Origin: Octopus sinensis
Lineage: Eukaryota
DNA length: 29,256 nt
Assembly (NCBI RefSeq): GCF_006345805.1
Contig: NW_021832957.1
Span: forward strand, 1 to 29,256
Reading direction: 5' to 3'
In this document: positions 11,563 to 21,727 of the stretch, one piece after another
How positions within the stretch are numbered: the stretch's first letter is position 1
Layout of the letters: each line of letters starts with the position of its first letter
Program-made: the position numbers and the translations under genes
The notes under the pieces: model-generated
What the model saw: the letters and a program-made list of their open reading frames with translations, nothing else
Database searches by the model: none
What the model was told of the DNA's origin: nothing

Positions 11563-12104
11563 ACTAGCAGCATAGCCCGGCTTTGCCCGGGTATGTAAGA
11601 GCCCCTAGTAGGCAACGACTGATCCCAATCTAGTCCTTTCCCTCTAGGGAACGATGGCGCATGTGAAGGTTGCAATGTCTTCTCTTCACTCGAATACTTC
11701 TGCGTATACGAATGTTCCTAGCGATTTCCCTAAATGGCATGATTTTATCGATTTTTTTCTGATTATAAGGTATTGCATGGAAAACTAACGTCAGAATTAA
11801 GTTTCTTAGGGTAACATTAAGCTTCACCATGAGTTTGTTGAAAATCGATTGCAAGTTGCGAAAACTACAACAGAAAATGTGTTGCATATAAAAAGCTTAG
11901 ATTCTCGACCCCATGTCGAATTTATCGATTTTTTTCAGAACTGGCGGTAACTTTTCAAAATTTTCTCTGCGTTAGTTTTGAATTATGACATTGGGCTATG
12001 TGTGTGTCAAGTTTCATCAAAATCGGTAGAAAGCCGTGGTCAGGGTGAAGGTACAACCTGACAGACACACAGACAGACAAACTGCCGTTTATATATAGAG
12101 AGAT
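11563..12104 (+). mobile_element. Non-autonomous Helitron/Helentron-related element (HINE/Lep1/DINE-1-like)
   Basis: The 5' end ACTAGCAGCATAGCCCGGCTTTGCCCGGG has a subterminal GC hairpin. The 3' end AAGTTTCATCAAAATCGG...GACAGACACACAGACAGACAAACTGCCGTTTATATATAGAGAGAT has a (GACA)n tract and ATATATAG terminus. This architecture is typical of HINE/Lep1 elements. Confidence 0.65.
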
Positions 12105-12558
12105 ATATGTATATTAAATAGAATGAGACAACAAAGCCAAGGCTGTGTGAAATTTTCAGGACTTTTATAAAGAGAAAGTTAGTCTTACAGCTGTTTCTGG
12201 GATATTTGAGATGGTTAAACAGATGGTTAAGATAGAGTTCAATATAAGGAGTTATTTTGGAAAAGGATGGAAATAAGAAGTATAAAGGGAAATAAGAGAA
12301 TAGAAGTAAAAATGTGTGTGTGTGTGTGTGTGTGTGTGCGTATTTCATGCCGTTTACGTTTTGTAACATCTTATACCCGCATATGCATATATATATATAT
12401 ATATGTATATGTATAGGTATATATATATATGCATATACGAATATATATATTATTTATATTATACTTTGATTGAACGCCACGCATCCATTTCCCAATAATT
12501 TTATCTAAAAATATATATATATAAATTATATATATATACATATATACTATATATATAC

Positions 12559-12600
<42 letters not shown>

Positions 12601-12666
12601 ATATATATATACAACAATATATATAATATACATATATATATGTTATAATATATGTATATATATATG

Positions 12667-12700
<34 letters not shown>

Positions 12701-13605
12701 CAATATATAGTATATATATATATATATATAAGATAAGATTTATATATATGTATATAATGTGAAGATCTCTTACATGAAACCATTGGTTGCGTTGTTAACC
12801 TGCAAATAAAGTGACCAATATTTATACATTTGTGTGTGCGCGTGTGCGCGTGCATGTGTGTGCATATACTATATTTGAAAAGTCTGGAAAGATCTGCTTA
12901 TGCATCGGTCCCTCTTTCACTCAGCCTGTTGCTTATTTCCTTTGGATGCTTATTTCTGTATCGCAAAAAAGGTCAAAGGTTTACATGGTTATTTTTCCTG
13001 CTCAAAATAAACCTTGGACATAGGGACAAGGACTACCACCACGCTACCCTCACTCCACAAAAATAAAAAAATTTAAAAAGGCAGACAGAAATTGCAAAAG
13101 AAAACGATAGAAAGAAAAAAAATCGAGCAAAAATATTTTGCTGCCAAACACACATGCTGGAGGAAATAGTTCTAACACTTTTGTGGACAATCTTTAACCA
13201 ATGTGAGCTATTTTAGCAAATTTTTGGCAGCAACACTAACAGTACAAACAATAACAACACCAACAACATTCTCGCACATCTAACACAAGCAAACACATGC
13301 AATTTGCCAATTAAAAATGTTGGAAATAGCGTAGATAAAAATGGAATCAGTTATGTTAATGCAAGGAAGCACAGGTAGCAGGGAATCACTAATATATATA
13401 TACGTCTATAGTATGTGTATGTATGTGCGTATACATACATACATAATAAATACATACACACACACATAAGTTAGCAGATAAATGCCAAACAATGTGGGAA
13501 AAATAGTATTCGAATACCCAAGGTAGAGTAATATGCTTTCATTAAAGCTGCAAAATCTTCACAATACTGTTACTTAGAGTTTCACGTTACCGTTCGACGG
13601 TATAC

Positions 13606-13681
<76 letters not shown>

Positions 13682-13689
13682 TAAATATA

Positions 13690-13925
13690 TATATACATAT
13701 ATATATTTATCGTTGTTTTCGTATACATTCGCTGCTTTCTTCTAAGGAATCCGTGCTCCTAGCTTACATTTTTCCTTGGGGCTGCCAGATTGGACCAGTC
13801 TCGAGTATAACCAGCCGAAATTGCAAAGACAATCTGGAACTTGACTGACGAAAGAAAACTCCGAATGACCCATCCTTGTTTTTCTTTTCCCTTTTTTATA
13901 TCATCTAACTGACTGGATGTTTTGC
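13690..13925 (+). repeat. Unclassified interspersed repeat (second partial copy at ~11090-11175)
   Basis: CTAAGGAATCCGTGCTCCTAGCTTACATTTTTCCTTGGGGCTGCCAG...CAGCCGAAATT aligns by eye with CCAAGGAAATCTAATGCCCATAGCTTAGCTCTTCCTTGGGGCTGGCC...CAGCCGAAATT. Confidence 0.6.
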
Positions 13926-14554
13926 GTTCTTGTCTGATATTTTGTATTCTTTTATATATATATACATATATATTATGTTTATCGCCACTTCAATATAGCT
14001 GCTCCGTAGGAACCGACGTTACCACCATTTTTAGCGTCAGGCGGAACCTCCTCCAGCTGGTTATCGATGCACCTATATATATTGCAAGCAAGGGAGCGAA
14101 CCCCTACCATCTTCTAGCTTACGTCGGGGCCATCTCCTATCTTTTTCGCACACAAACACACACTCTCACACGCACACACATGTGTATATATATATATAAT
14201 GATAATGGGGAGACTGGTACATCCTCATAGTATATTTCCTTTATTTTACGATTTCATACAGTATACACATAGGAACGCATATATGCATATATATGTATGT
14301 ACACAAACACACACACACGTGTATAGAGAGAAGAGAGGCGCAGCCTAATACAATGATGTCCGCAATTTTCATTATCTGCAAAATGTTACAGATTCATTTC
14401 TCACCAATTTGTAACTGCCTCCTTTTATTTTCTTTAGATCATAAATATCCTCAAACATATATATTCATACACTTATATACAGATACAAAAATATATGTAT
14501 ATGTGCTTGTGTGAGCCTACGAAACAGCGTGATATATGTATATATACATATAGA

Positions 14555-14590
<36 letters not shown>

Positions 14591-14769
14591 TGTGTTCATA
14601 GTCATTATTTTCACCGTATTTCTTACAGTAATTTTTCTCCTCTATCATTATTTATAATATGCTGCAGTTATTTCTTGTATCTTAATTTGGTTTTTTCCTC
14701 GCGGAGAACCAGCAAAACAAGAAACTCCAATGACTGCACTCCCATACAATAATCTACGTACCTATCTAT

Positions 14770-14780
14770 CTGTCTGTCTC

Positions 14781-14875
<95 letters not shown>
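14770..14875. repeat. (TATC)n array 1, upstream of the Tx1-like insertion
   Basis: Direct reading. Confidence 0.97.
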
Positions 14876-15750
14876 CAGTGCTACCGAGAAGCGCTACCCG
14901 TTCGGGATAAGCTCAACAGACACGGCTCGAGAAACACGGGGCCGACCTGCCCGAGATGCGGTCAGAGCGACGAAACCGTTCTGCACGCACTCGTGCAGTG
15001 TCCAACAATTTCCGACCTGGGGGCTTATGTCGAAAATGCTGTCACGTGTGGGACGAGTCGGTTTATCAGCTGAGTCTATCGTCAATATTGTCACGCCTCT
15101 TTTCTTCCAAACGGGAAGGAAGAGCTATTTTCATCATCCTTGTGGCTATGGCGAAAGAATGTATCTGGTGGACGCGTCTGAAAGGATTGGAGACAAACAC
15201 TTTCCTCTCTGGTCAACCTCTCATCAACATCTTCAAGTACCACTTGAAAAGAAAGTGAGAGTAGAGAGGCAAGTTTTGTCTAGCGAACGTTTAAAAAAGA
15301 TGGGTGAATGTAGCAAGGATGGCACGTATGAATGACGAAGCCACCTTGAGCATAATCCTATGAACCCAGAAATTGAAACAGGGTTACCCACTTGCAAACA
15401 AATGTGGTAACATATAACAATATTGACCAAGGTTACCGTGGTCTTTTTCGTAGGCTTTTCTTCCCACGGATAAACCTTACTTGCTTTCCCCTTTACACCA
15501 TACATCATGACACTGTGATACACGATCCCCATTGATCGTTTTTTTTCCTCTCCCCCTTTTTTCCTCTCTTTTCTTCATTTTTCATTTTTCTTTTCTTTTT
15601 TCCCTTTTTTCTTTTCCTTTTTTTTTTCTCCTTTTACGATCTCTTTTGATCGAAAACCTACGCCACCTTTTTTTTTTCTCCCCCAAAAGAAAAGCTCTAC
15701 CTTGTAACTTGTCCCATCTGTGTGCAGCCCTGTGTTGCCAATAAAGAAAC
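14876..15750 (+). mobile_element. 5'-truncated L1/Tx1-clade LINE: ORF2 C-terminus with zinc-finger motif plus 3' UTR
   Basis: QCYREALPVRDKLNRHGSRNTGPTCPRCGQSDETVLHALVQCP matches LP(V)R..L...CxxC...ET..H....C. It continues through frameshifts to ...WVNVARMARMNDEATLSIIL* (stop 15361-15363). The 3' UTR ends AATAAAGAAAC, joined directly to (TATC)n. Confidence 0.9.
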
Positions 15751-15829
<79 letters not shown>

Positions 15830-15944
15830 CCCATCCCTCCATCTATCCGTGTATCTATCTGTCTGTCTGTCTGTCTGCCTGTCTTTCTATCTATCTTTCT
15901 ATCTATCTCTCTATCTGTCTATCTGTCAATCTATCTATCTATCT
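15751..15944. repeat. (TATC)n/(TGTC)n array 2
   Basis: Direct reading. Confidence 0.95.
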
Positions 15945-16217
15945 GTCACTTACTGTAATGTTTTTTTTTGCATGACATTATTGCCCAAGGTTACCGTGTG
16001 CTTTTCCGTGGGCTTTTCTTTCCACGGATAAACCTAATCTGTTTTCCCTTTTAACACTATGAAATTTGTGATACACGATCCCTATTGATCGGCCTTTTTT
16101 TTTACGATCTCTTTTGATCAAATTTCTACCCCCCTTTTCCTTCTCTTCCCCCAAAGAAATTAACTAATTTGTATTTTGTCCCCTCTGTGTTCAGCCCTGT
16201 GTGGCCTATAAAGAAAC
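15945..16217 (+). mobile_element. Second, diverged Tx1-like 3' UTR-only copy
   Basis: CCAAGGTTACCGTG...CCACGGATAAACC...GTGATACACGATCCC.ATTGATCG...CAGCCCTGTGT...TAAAGAAAC aligns to 15425-15750 and has the same AAAGAAAC|TATC junction. Confidence 0.88.
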
Positions 16218-16320
<103 letters not shown>

Positions 16321-17044
16321 TTTAGATATATTTGGGTTACTTAAATGTACACATGACTTTGCATCTGCTTTTTCCGTGGGTAATTGTTCCGTTTATTCTA
16401 ATCGTGTTTCTCGCTGAAGAAGGAAGAATCCTTGTGGATTATTCCAGAAATTGGTCCTATTCAGGAATAACGAATTTTAAAAATTTCTGTCAGCTTGCTT
16501 TCTTCGTTTGAACACGCTGTGTATTTATAGTGGAAAATTTTCTGTGGTTAGACAATTTAAGGTCTATTTTTCAGCATATTGGCATAGAAATTTTTTTCCG
16601 TTCCCCTTATTTATAATTGCTTATAATTTTCACCTTGAAAGGTATTTTAATATGCCAGCCACTGCAAAAAATTTTTTTTTGAAAAATTTTACCCTTATAT
16701 TAGAAGTATATAAATTTAATTAGACGTTGTGTTAACCTCATTAAGAGATGTTTTCCGTCACACATAAAACATCTAAGGGTATATTTTTTCCTCTGAAGAT
16801 ATTGTACTCAGATCATATAAATATAAATTTAATACTGAGTCTTAATTGAAACAACTGAAAGAAGATGATTTATTTGCTGTTAATAATAAATAATTATTAA
16901 CTACCCAATCACCATTTCTTTTTTCTATATGTTATGTATGTATTGTATGTATGTATGTATGTATGTATGTATGTATGTAGTATGTATATATATATATATT
17001 ATATATTTATATTATATATATATTATATTATACATATTTATACG

Positions 17045-17335
17045 ACGAGCTTCTTTCAGTTTCCGCCTACTAAATCCACTCACAAGGCTTTGCTCTGCCC
17101 ATATATTTATGTGTATGTGCCTTTGTATTTGTGTTGGTCCTACCCCACTGCCACTTGGCAACTTCTATTGGTGGGTTTACATGGCCGTAACTTAGCAGTT
17201 TGATAAAAGAGAACAATGAAATAAATGCCAGGCTTTAAAAATAAGTACTGAACTCGATGCATTTGATTAAAAAATATTCTTGAAGGCGGTGCCTCAGCAT
17301 GGCCGCAGTCTCATGATTGAAACAAGCAAAAGCGC
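17045..17335. mobile_element. Rearranged SINE family 'B' pieces (17045-17092 minus-strand head remnant; ~17130-17335 plus-strand tail)
   Basis: CTTCTTTCAGTTTCCGCCTACTAAATCCACTCACAAGGCTTTG matches 3125-3168. GAAGGCGGTGCCTCAGCATGGCCGCAGTC..ATGATTGAAACAAGCAAAAG matches the tail. Confidence 0.75.
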
Positions 17336-17475
17336 TTATCCACTGCTCCCTAATAATACACCCACTTAAACCCACTTTTGTTGGTTTTTGGCTTCTGATG
17401 ATTCGTGGTTAGTTTACTCTAGGTTATGTTACCCCCTAATTTGCTCTTAACATACCTGTCACAGATTATCTATTC

Positions 17476-17919
17476 TAGTGGTTCTCAACGGGGGTCCACA
17501 CGATCCTTAGGGATCCATATAAGATTTTATCAATATGAAAATATAACATGGTTTTTTTTTTTAACATCGAATGGCTATGGGGTCCAATAGGTAAAAAGAT
17601 AGTTACCTTCTCAAGTCATATCGACTCACAAATGGCGGTTTCCAGGTTTCTTGGCGGACATATTCCGCTCCTTGATGGGACACCGATCCGTCGCAGGATG
17701 ACTCACTTTTGCCAGCTGAGTGGTCTGGAGCAACGTAAAATGAAATGTCTTGCTCATGAACACAACGCATCACCCGGTCCTGGAATGGAAACCACAATCT
17801 TACGATCAGGAGTCCAATACCTAAATGACTAAGCCACGTGCCTCCGCTCGGGCGGGGTCCAATAGAGCAAAATAGGAGCCAAAGAGCTTTCATAGGCAAA
17901 AGATGGTTGGGAACCACTG
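17476..17919. mobile_element. hAT-superfamily MITE with 8-bp target-site duplication
   Basis: TIRs TAGTGGTTCTCAAC / GTTGGGAACCACTG (Charlie-like CAGTGGTTC). Flanks ATCTATTC (17468-17475) and ATTTATTC (17920-17927) match at 7 of 8 positions. Confidence 0.8.
17620..17845 (-). mobile_element. tRNA-derived SINE with CORE-like and V-like segments, nested in the hAT MITE
   Basis: Minus strand reads GGAGGCACGTGGCTTAGT..TTAGG...GTGGTTTCCATTCCAGGACCGGG..TGAGCAAGACATTTCATTT..GTTGCTCCAG.CCACTCAGCTG...CCTGCGACGGATCGGTGTCCCATC. Domain names are assigned from recall, not alignment. Confidence 0.7.
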
Positions 17920-17984
17920 ATTTATTCTTTTGCAGTGAATAAGTACAATACATACTGTTACCTCCTTTTCTGGTAGCAATAAAC

Positions 17985-18300
17985 GGGTACTTCGTCGGTT
18001 ACGACGACGTGGGATCCAGTTGATCCGATTAACCGAACCGCTTGCTCGTGAAATTAATGTGCGAGTGGCTAAGCACTCCATAGACATGTGAACCCTTAAC
18101 GTAGTTCTCAGGGAGATTCAGCGTGACACAAAGTATGACAAGGCTGGACCTTTGAAATATAGGTCCTACACGTTTTTAACAGCTGTGTCAACTGAAGCAA
18201 TGTAAAATAAAGTGTCTTGCTCAAGGACAAAACGCGCCGCCTGAAATCGAACTCACGATCGAAAGATCGTGAGTCGAATGCCATTAACCACTAACCATGT
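17985..18300 (-). mobile_element. tRNA-headed SINE, family 'C'-like
   Basis: Minus strand has head TGGTTAGTGGTTAATGGCATTCGACTCACGATC..GATCGTGAGTTCGATTTC, a CORE-like TTGAGCAAGACAC, and body GAACTACGTTAAGGG..CATGTCTATGGAGTGCTTAGCCACT.GCAC.TTAATTTCACGAGCA..GGATCAACTGG. Confidence 0.75.
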
Positions 18301-18745
18301 CTTCATTTTGATAACAATACTTTTGTGATGGCTTCTTTTAGCAGATGCATCGTCATCCAACCAAAAAGTGTAGTAATATTTTTCCCGATGAAACGGCCAG
18401 ATTCACAAAGTTTACAATCTACCAAGTTTCCAAACAGAATTCTACATTATTCTATTAGTCACGTGACCGTTGTTTCGTATCTCAGAATTTTAATTAGTTG
18501 GCCATGAGATTATTATCAAATTTCGTTGTGTTGTTGTCATAGATTATTAACTCTCGTTTATGATTAGTTGTAGTACATGTAATACATTATTAATTCTTCT
18601 TAACTGTAACGTAGATTGCTTTCTGTTTGAAGAGATTTTTGATGTCGTATTTATGTATCTTAGAACCAAGAAATATTTGCTTTATGCACCGCATACAAAG
18701 TATGGGGTTGCTGCTTTCACTGGGAGTTTATTTGATGTATTATTG

Positions 18746-18976
18746 TGTTGAGTCAAAAGTTTTTCAATATTTTGGTAACTTATTTAGCTTTTACTCAAGG
18801 TTCAACAAAAGCAGCCAAGCTGTGTGGCGGTATGGTAAGAAGCTTGCTTACCAACCACAAGATTCCAGGTTCAGTCCCACTGCATGGGACCTTGGGCAAG
18901 TGTCTTCTACTAAAGCCTTGGGTCAACCAAAGCCTTGTGAGTGGACTTGGTAGACAGAAACTGAAAGAAGCCCGTC

Positions 18977-19007
<31 letters not shown>

Positions 19008-19019
19008 ATATAATATATA

Positions 19020-19052
<33 letters not shown>

Positions 19053-19613
19053 TTGTGTGTCTGAGTTGGTGTGCTTACGTCCCCGTAACTTTGTGGTTCG
19101 GCAAAAGATGTCCGATAGAATAAGTACTAGTCATACAAAAAATAAGTCCTGGGGTTGATTTGTTCGACTAAAGGCGGTGCTCCAGAATGGCTGCAGTCAA
19201 AATGACTGAAACTAGCAAAAGAATATAATAACGAAGCATACACAGTAGAGGCCATCGTGTGGCATCGTCTGAAGTGACCTTTCAGTCAGTTCTTTGAGTC
19301 TTTGCCGATGCCAGTTCTTGCGCTTCGACGCGAATAACTCCTTTCCTGAAGCTTTTTTCGATCCATGACTCACATTCTGTGCTCGCGACGCTCCATCAAC
19401 CAAGAAGTGGTGGAAGCTTCAGTGAAGGTGTTCTTCGCCTCGAAGCACAAGAACTGGTTTCATCTTGGGCTCAAAGAACTGGCAGAAAAGTGGCTTCTGT
19501 CAGTGCATCACGATGGCCTCAACTTTAAAACGCCGGGCTACTTTTGTAGTAATTTGACGAAGAAAGCGAAATAATTTACCAAAATATTGTAAGACTTGTT
19601 TTTTGATTCAGTA
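18746..19613. mobile_element. Palindromic mariner-derived MITE made of two transposase 3' ends head to head, interrupted by a SINE
   Basis: TIRs TTGAGTCAAAAG..CAATATTTTGGTAACTT and TTACCAAAATATTG..TTTTGATTCAGTA. The arms 19236-19355 (-; ELFASKRKNWHRQRLKELTERSLQTMPHDGLY) and 19414-19535 (+; VFFASKHKNWFHLGLKELAEKWLLSVHHDGLNF) are reverse complements of each other. Confidence 0.8.
18821..19228 (+). mobile_element. Full-length bipartite SINE family 'B' (tRNA/CORE head, internal TA/GTAT microsatellite, 3' tail)
   Basis: Head 18821-18975 with GGTTCAGTCCC B-box-like motif and CCTTGGGCAAGTG; microsatellite 18978-19055; tail 19075-19228. It interrupts the left arm of the mariner MITE. Confidence 0.88.
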
Positions 19614-19694
19614 CGATAGAATAGAAATGTTTATTTTTTTCTGTGATAGTCTTTAACTAGGTGATTGCAAAGAGACTTAGTAAGTACTGCTTGT

Positions 19695-20330
19695 AAGGCG
19701 GATGACTGGCAGTGGCGATAGTACGCCGGACAAAATGCTCAGTGGCATTTCGTCCGGCTGTACGTTCTGAGTTCAAATGCCATCAGAGCCGACTTTGCCG
19801 TTCATTCTTCAGAGGTCGATAAATTAAGTACCAGTTGCGTACTGGGGTCGATTTAATCGACTTTCCTTGAAATTGCTACCCTTGTGGCAAAATTTGAAAT
19901 CAATATTATCAAGGCGGCAAGATGGCAGAATCGTTAGCATACCGGGCGAAATGCTTAGCGGTATTTCGTCTATCGTTACGTTCTGGGTTCAAATTCCGCC
20001 GAGGTCGACTTTGCCTTTCATTTTTTCGAGGTCGATAAATTAAGTACCAGTTACGCACCGGGGTCGATGTAATCGAGTTAATCTCTTTGTCTGTCCTTGT
20101 TTGTCCCCTCTATGTTTAGCCCCTTGTGGGCAATAAAGAAATAATGCCGGGCAAAATGCTTAGCAGCATTTCGTTCGTCTTTACGTTCTGAGTTCAAATT
20201 CTGCCGAGGTCGACTTTGCCTTTCATTCTTTCGGGGTCGATGAAATAAGTTCAAGTTACACACTGAGGGCAATGTAAATTGATTTATCTCCTCCCCCAAA
20301 ATTTTAGACCTTGTGCCTATAGTAGAAAGG
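19695..20330 (+). mobile_element. Head-to-tail trimer of SINE family 'A' (19695-19900, 19911-20143, 20144-20330)
   Basis: Three successive copies of ...AAATGCT.AG...CGTTCTG.GTTCAAAT..CGACTTTGCC.TTCAT...GGTCGAT.AA.TAAGT, each with its own 3' tail. Confidence 0.9.
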
Positions 20331-20343
20331 ATCGTTGTTATTA

Positions 20344-20397
<54 letters not shown>

Positions 20398-20435
20398 GTT
20401 GTAGTTGTAGTAGTAGTAGTAGTAGTAGCAGCAGC

Positions 20436-20495
<60 letters not shown>

Positions 20496-20522
20496 CTCTG
20501 TTTTACGCTTTTGCTCCGGCAG

Positions 20523-20582
20523 ATGTTATACCAACACTATACCAAAAGGGAACGCCATAACCAATGGACAAAGTTCCTTCAG
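20523..20582 (+). CDS. Candidate coding exon 1 of an unidentified gene: MLYQHYTKRERHNQWTKFLQ (60 nt, phase 0-0)
   Basis: Acceptor CTCTGTTTTACGCTTTTGCTCCGGCAG| and donor CAG|GTAATT. It is a unique-sequence island between microsatellites. A second frame is also open, so the frame is inferred from the downstream chain. Confidence 0.7.
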
Positions 20583-20713
20583 GTAATTCATTCTCCTTCA
20601 GTTTTCTAACACACTGCTTAGAATATCAAGGGAGCAAATGGCCATTTGGCTATTATGCGCCTATAATTTCATATTTTATCATCATCAAGAACAATGATAA
20701 TAACAGCAAATAA

Positions 20714-20750
<37 letters not shown>

Positions 20751-20767
20751 TAATAATAATAATGATG

Positions 20768-20858
<91 letters not shown>

Positions 20859-20859
<1 letters not shown>

Positions 20860-21237
20860 GTCCCTTAGTGGCTGACGATATGTGCATCTCTGATCACGAG
20901 CAGAAGTAGTGGGGGAGCATCATGGCCATGTGTTGAGAGGGATTCTTTGGAGTTTGAATGGTTCACCTCTGGAAACATAGGTGTTTCGTTCAACATCCTA
21001 AAGCAACCCTTATTCAGGGACCGTTTGAGTGGGATGGGCTACTCAACCTGAAGAAAATTCTAACTGGGCCCCACCATGTGCTGTTTATCTTGATATGAGA
21101 TCACCATGTCGCGCACATATGGTTGTGATGCATGTGCCTAGTGTACCTTTATCAGACGGGTAGTCATGATGGGTATATTGGGCTTCGTATATTTTACCCC
21201 AGTGTCACTTTGATGGCATGAACTGCTCTCTCACTCA
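20859..21237 (+). mobile_element. Non-coding repeat embedded in (AAT)n; probably the 3' UTR of a third (TAA)n-associated LINE
   Basis: About 380 bp of complex sequence flanked by long (AAT)n on both sides (20700-20858, 21238-21400) and ending ...CTCTCTCACTCAGTAATAATAAT. The architecture matches 8955-9177. No coding motif was found, so class and strand are inferred. Confidence 0.5.
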
Positions 21238-21267
21238 GTAATAATAATAATAATAATAATAATAATG

Positions 21268-21298
<31 letters not shown>

Positions 21299-21627
21299 GA
21301 AGAAGAAGAAGAAGAAGAAGAAGAATGATAATAATAATAATGATAATAATAATAATAATAATGATAATAATAATAATAACAATAATAATAATAATAATAA
21401 TAATGACGGTGATGACGACGACGACAACGATGATGATGGTTATGATGATGATGATGACGGCGGCATCGACCATGTCGACGATGATGGTAGTGATGTTAAT
21501 GTTGATCAAAATGTCAGTTTGTTGATGGTAGATTTTATAGCGGAAGAAATAGAATGAAAAAAAAAATTATTATTATTATAGATTATTTATTATTATTATT
21601 ATTAATAATATAATAATAATAATAATA

Positions 21628-21660
<33 letters not shown>

Positions 21661-21677
21661 TAATAATGATGAAATAA

Positions 21678-21727
<50 letters not shown>

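Noticed and set aside
12181-12225. Minus-strand GAAACAGCTGTA (palindromic stem III-like; similar AAACGATCGTA at ~11308)
   Set aside because: There is no CUGANGA core upstream, so it is at most a decayed tail and not callable as a ribozyme.
13136-13234. 11-bp inverted repeat TTGCTGCCAAA / TTTGGCAGCAA around about 75 bp
   Set aside because: It is short, with no TSD or second copy seen; insufficient to call a MITE.
13840-13875. CTGACGAAAGAAAACTCCGAATGACCC, considered as a hammerhead or HDV-like ribozyme
   Set aside because: Stem II is only 2 bp, GAAT replaces GAAA, there is no stem I partner, and the HDV pseudoknot pairings could not be built.
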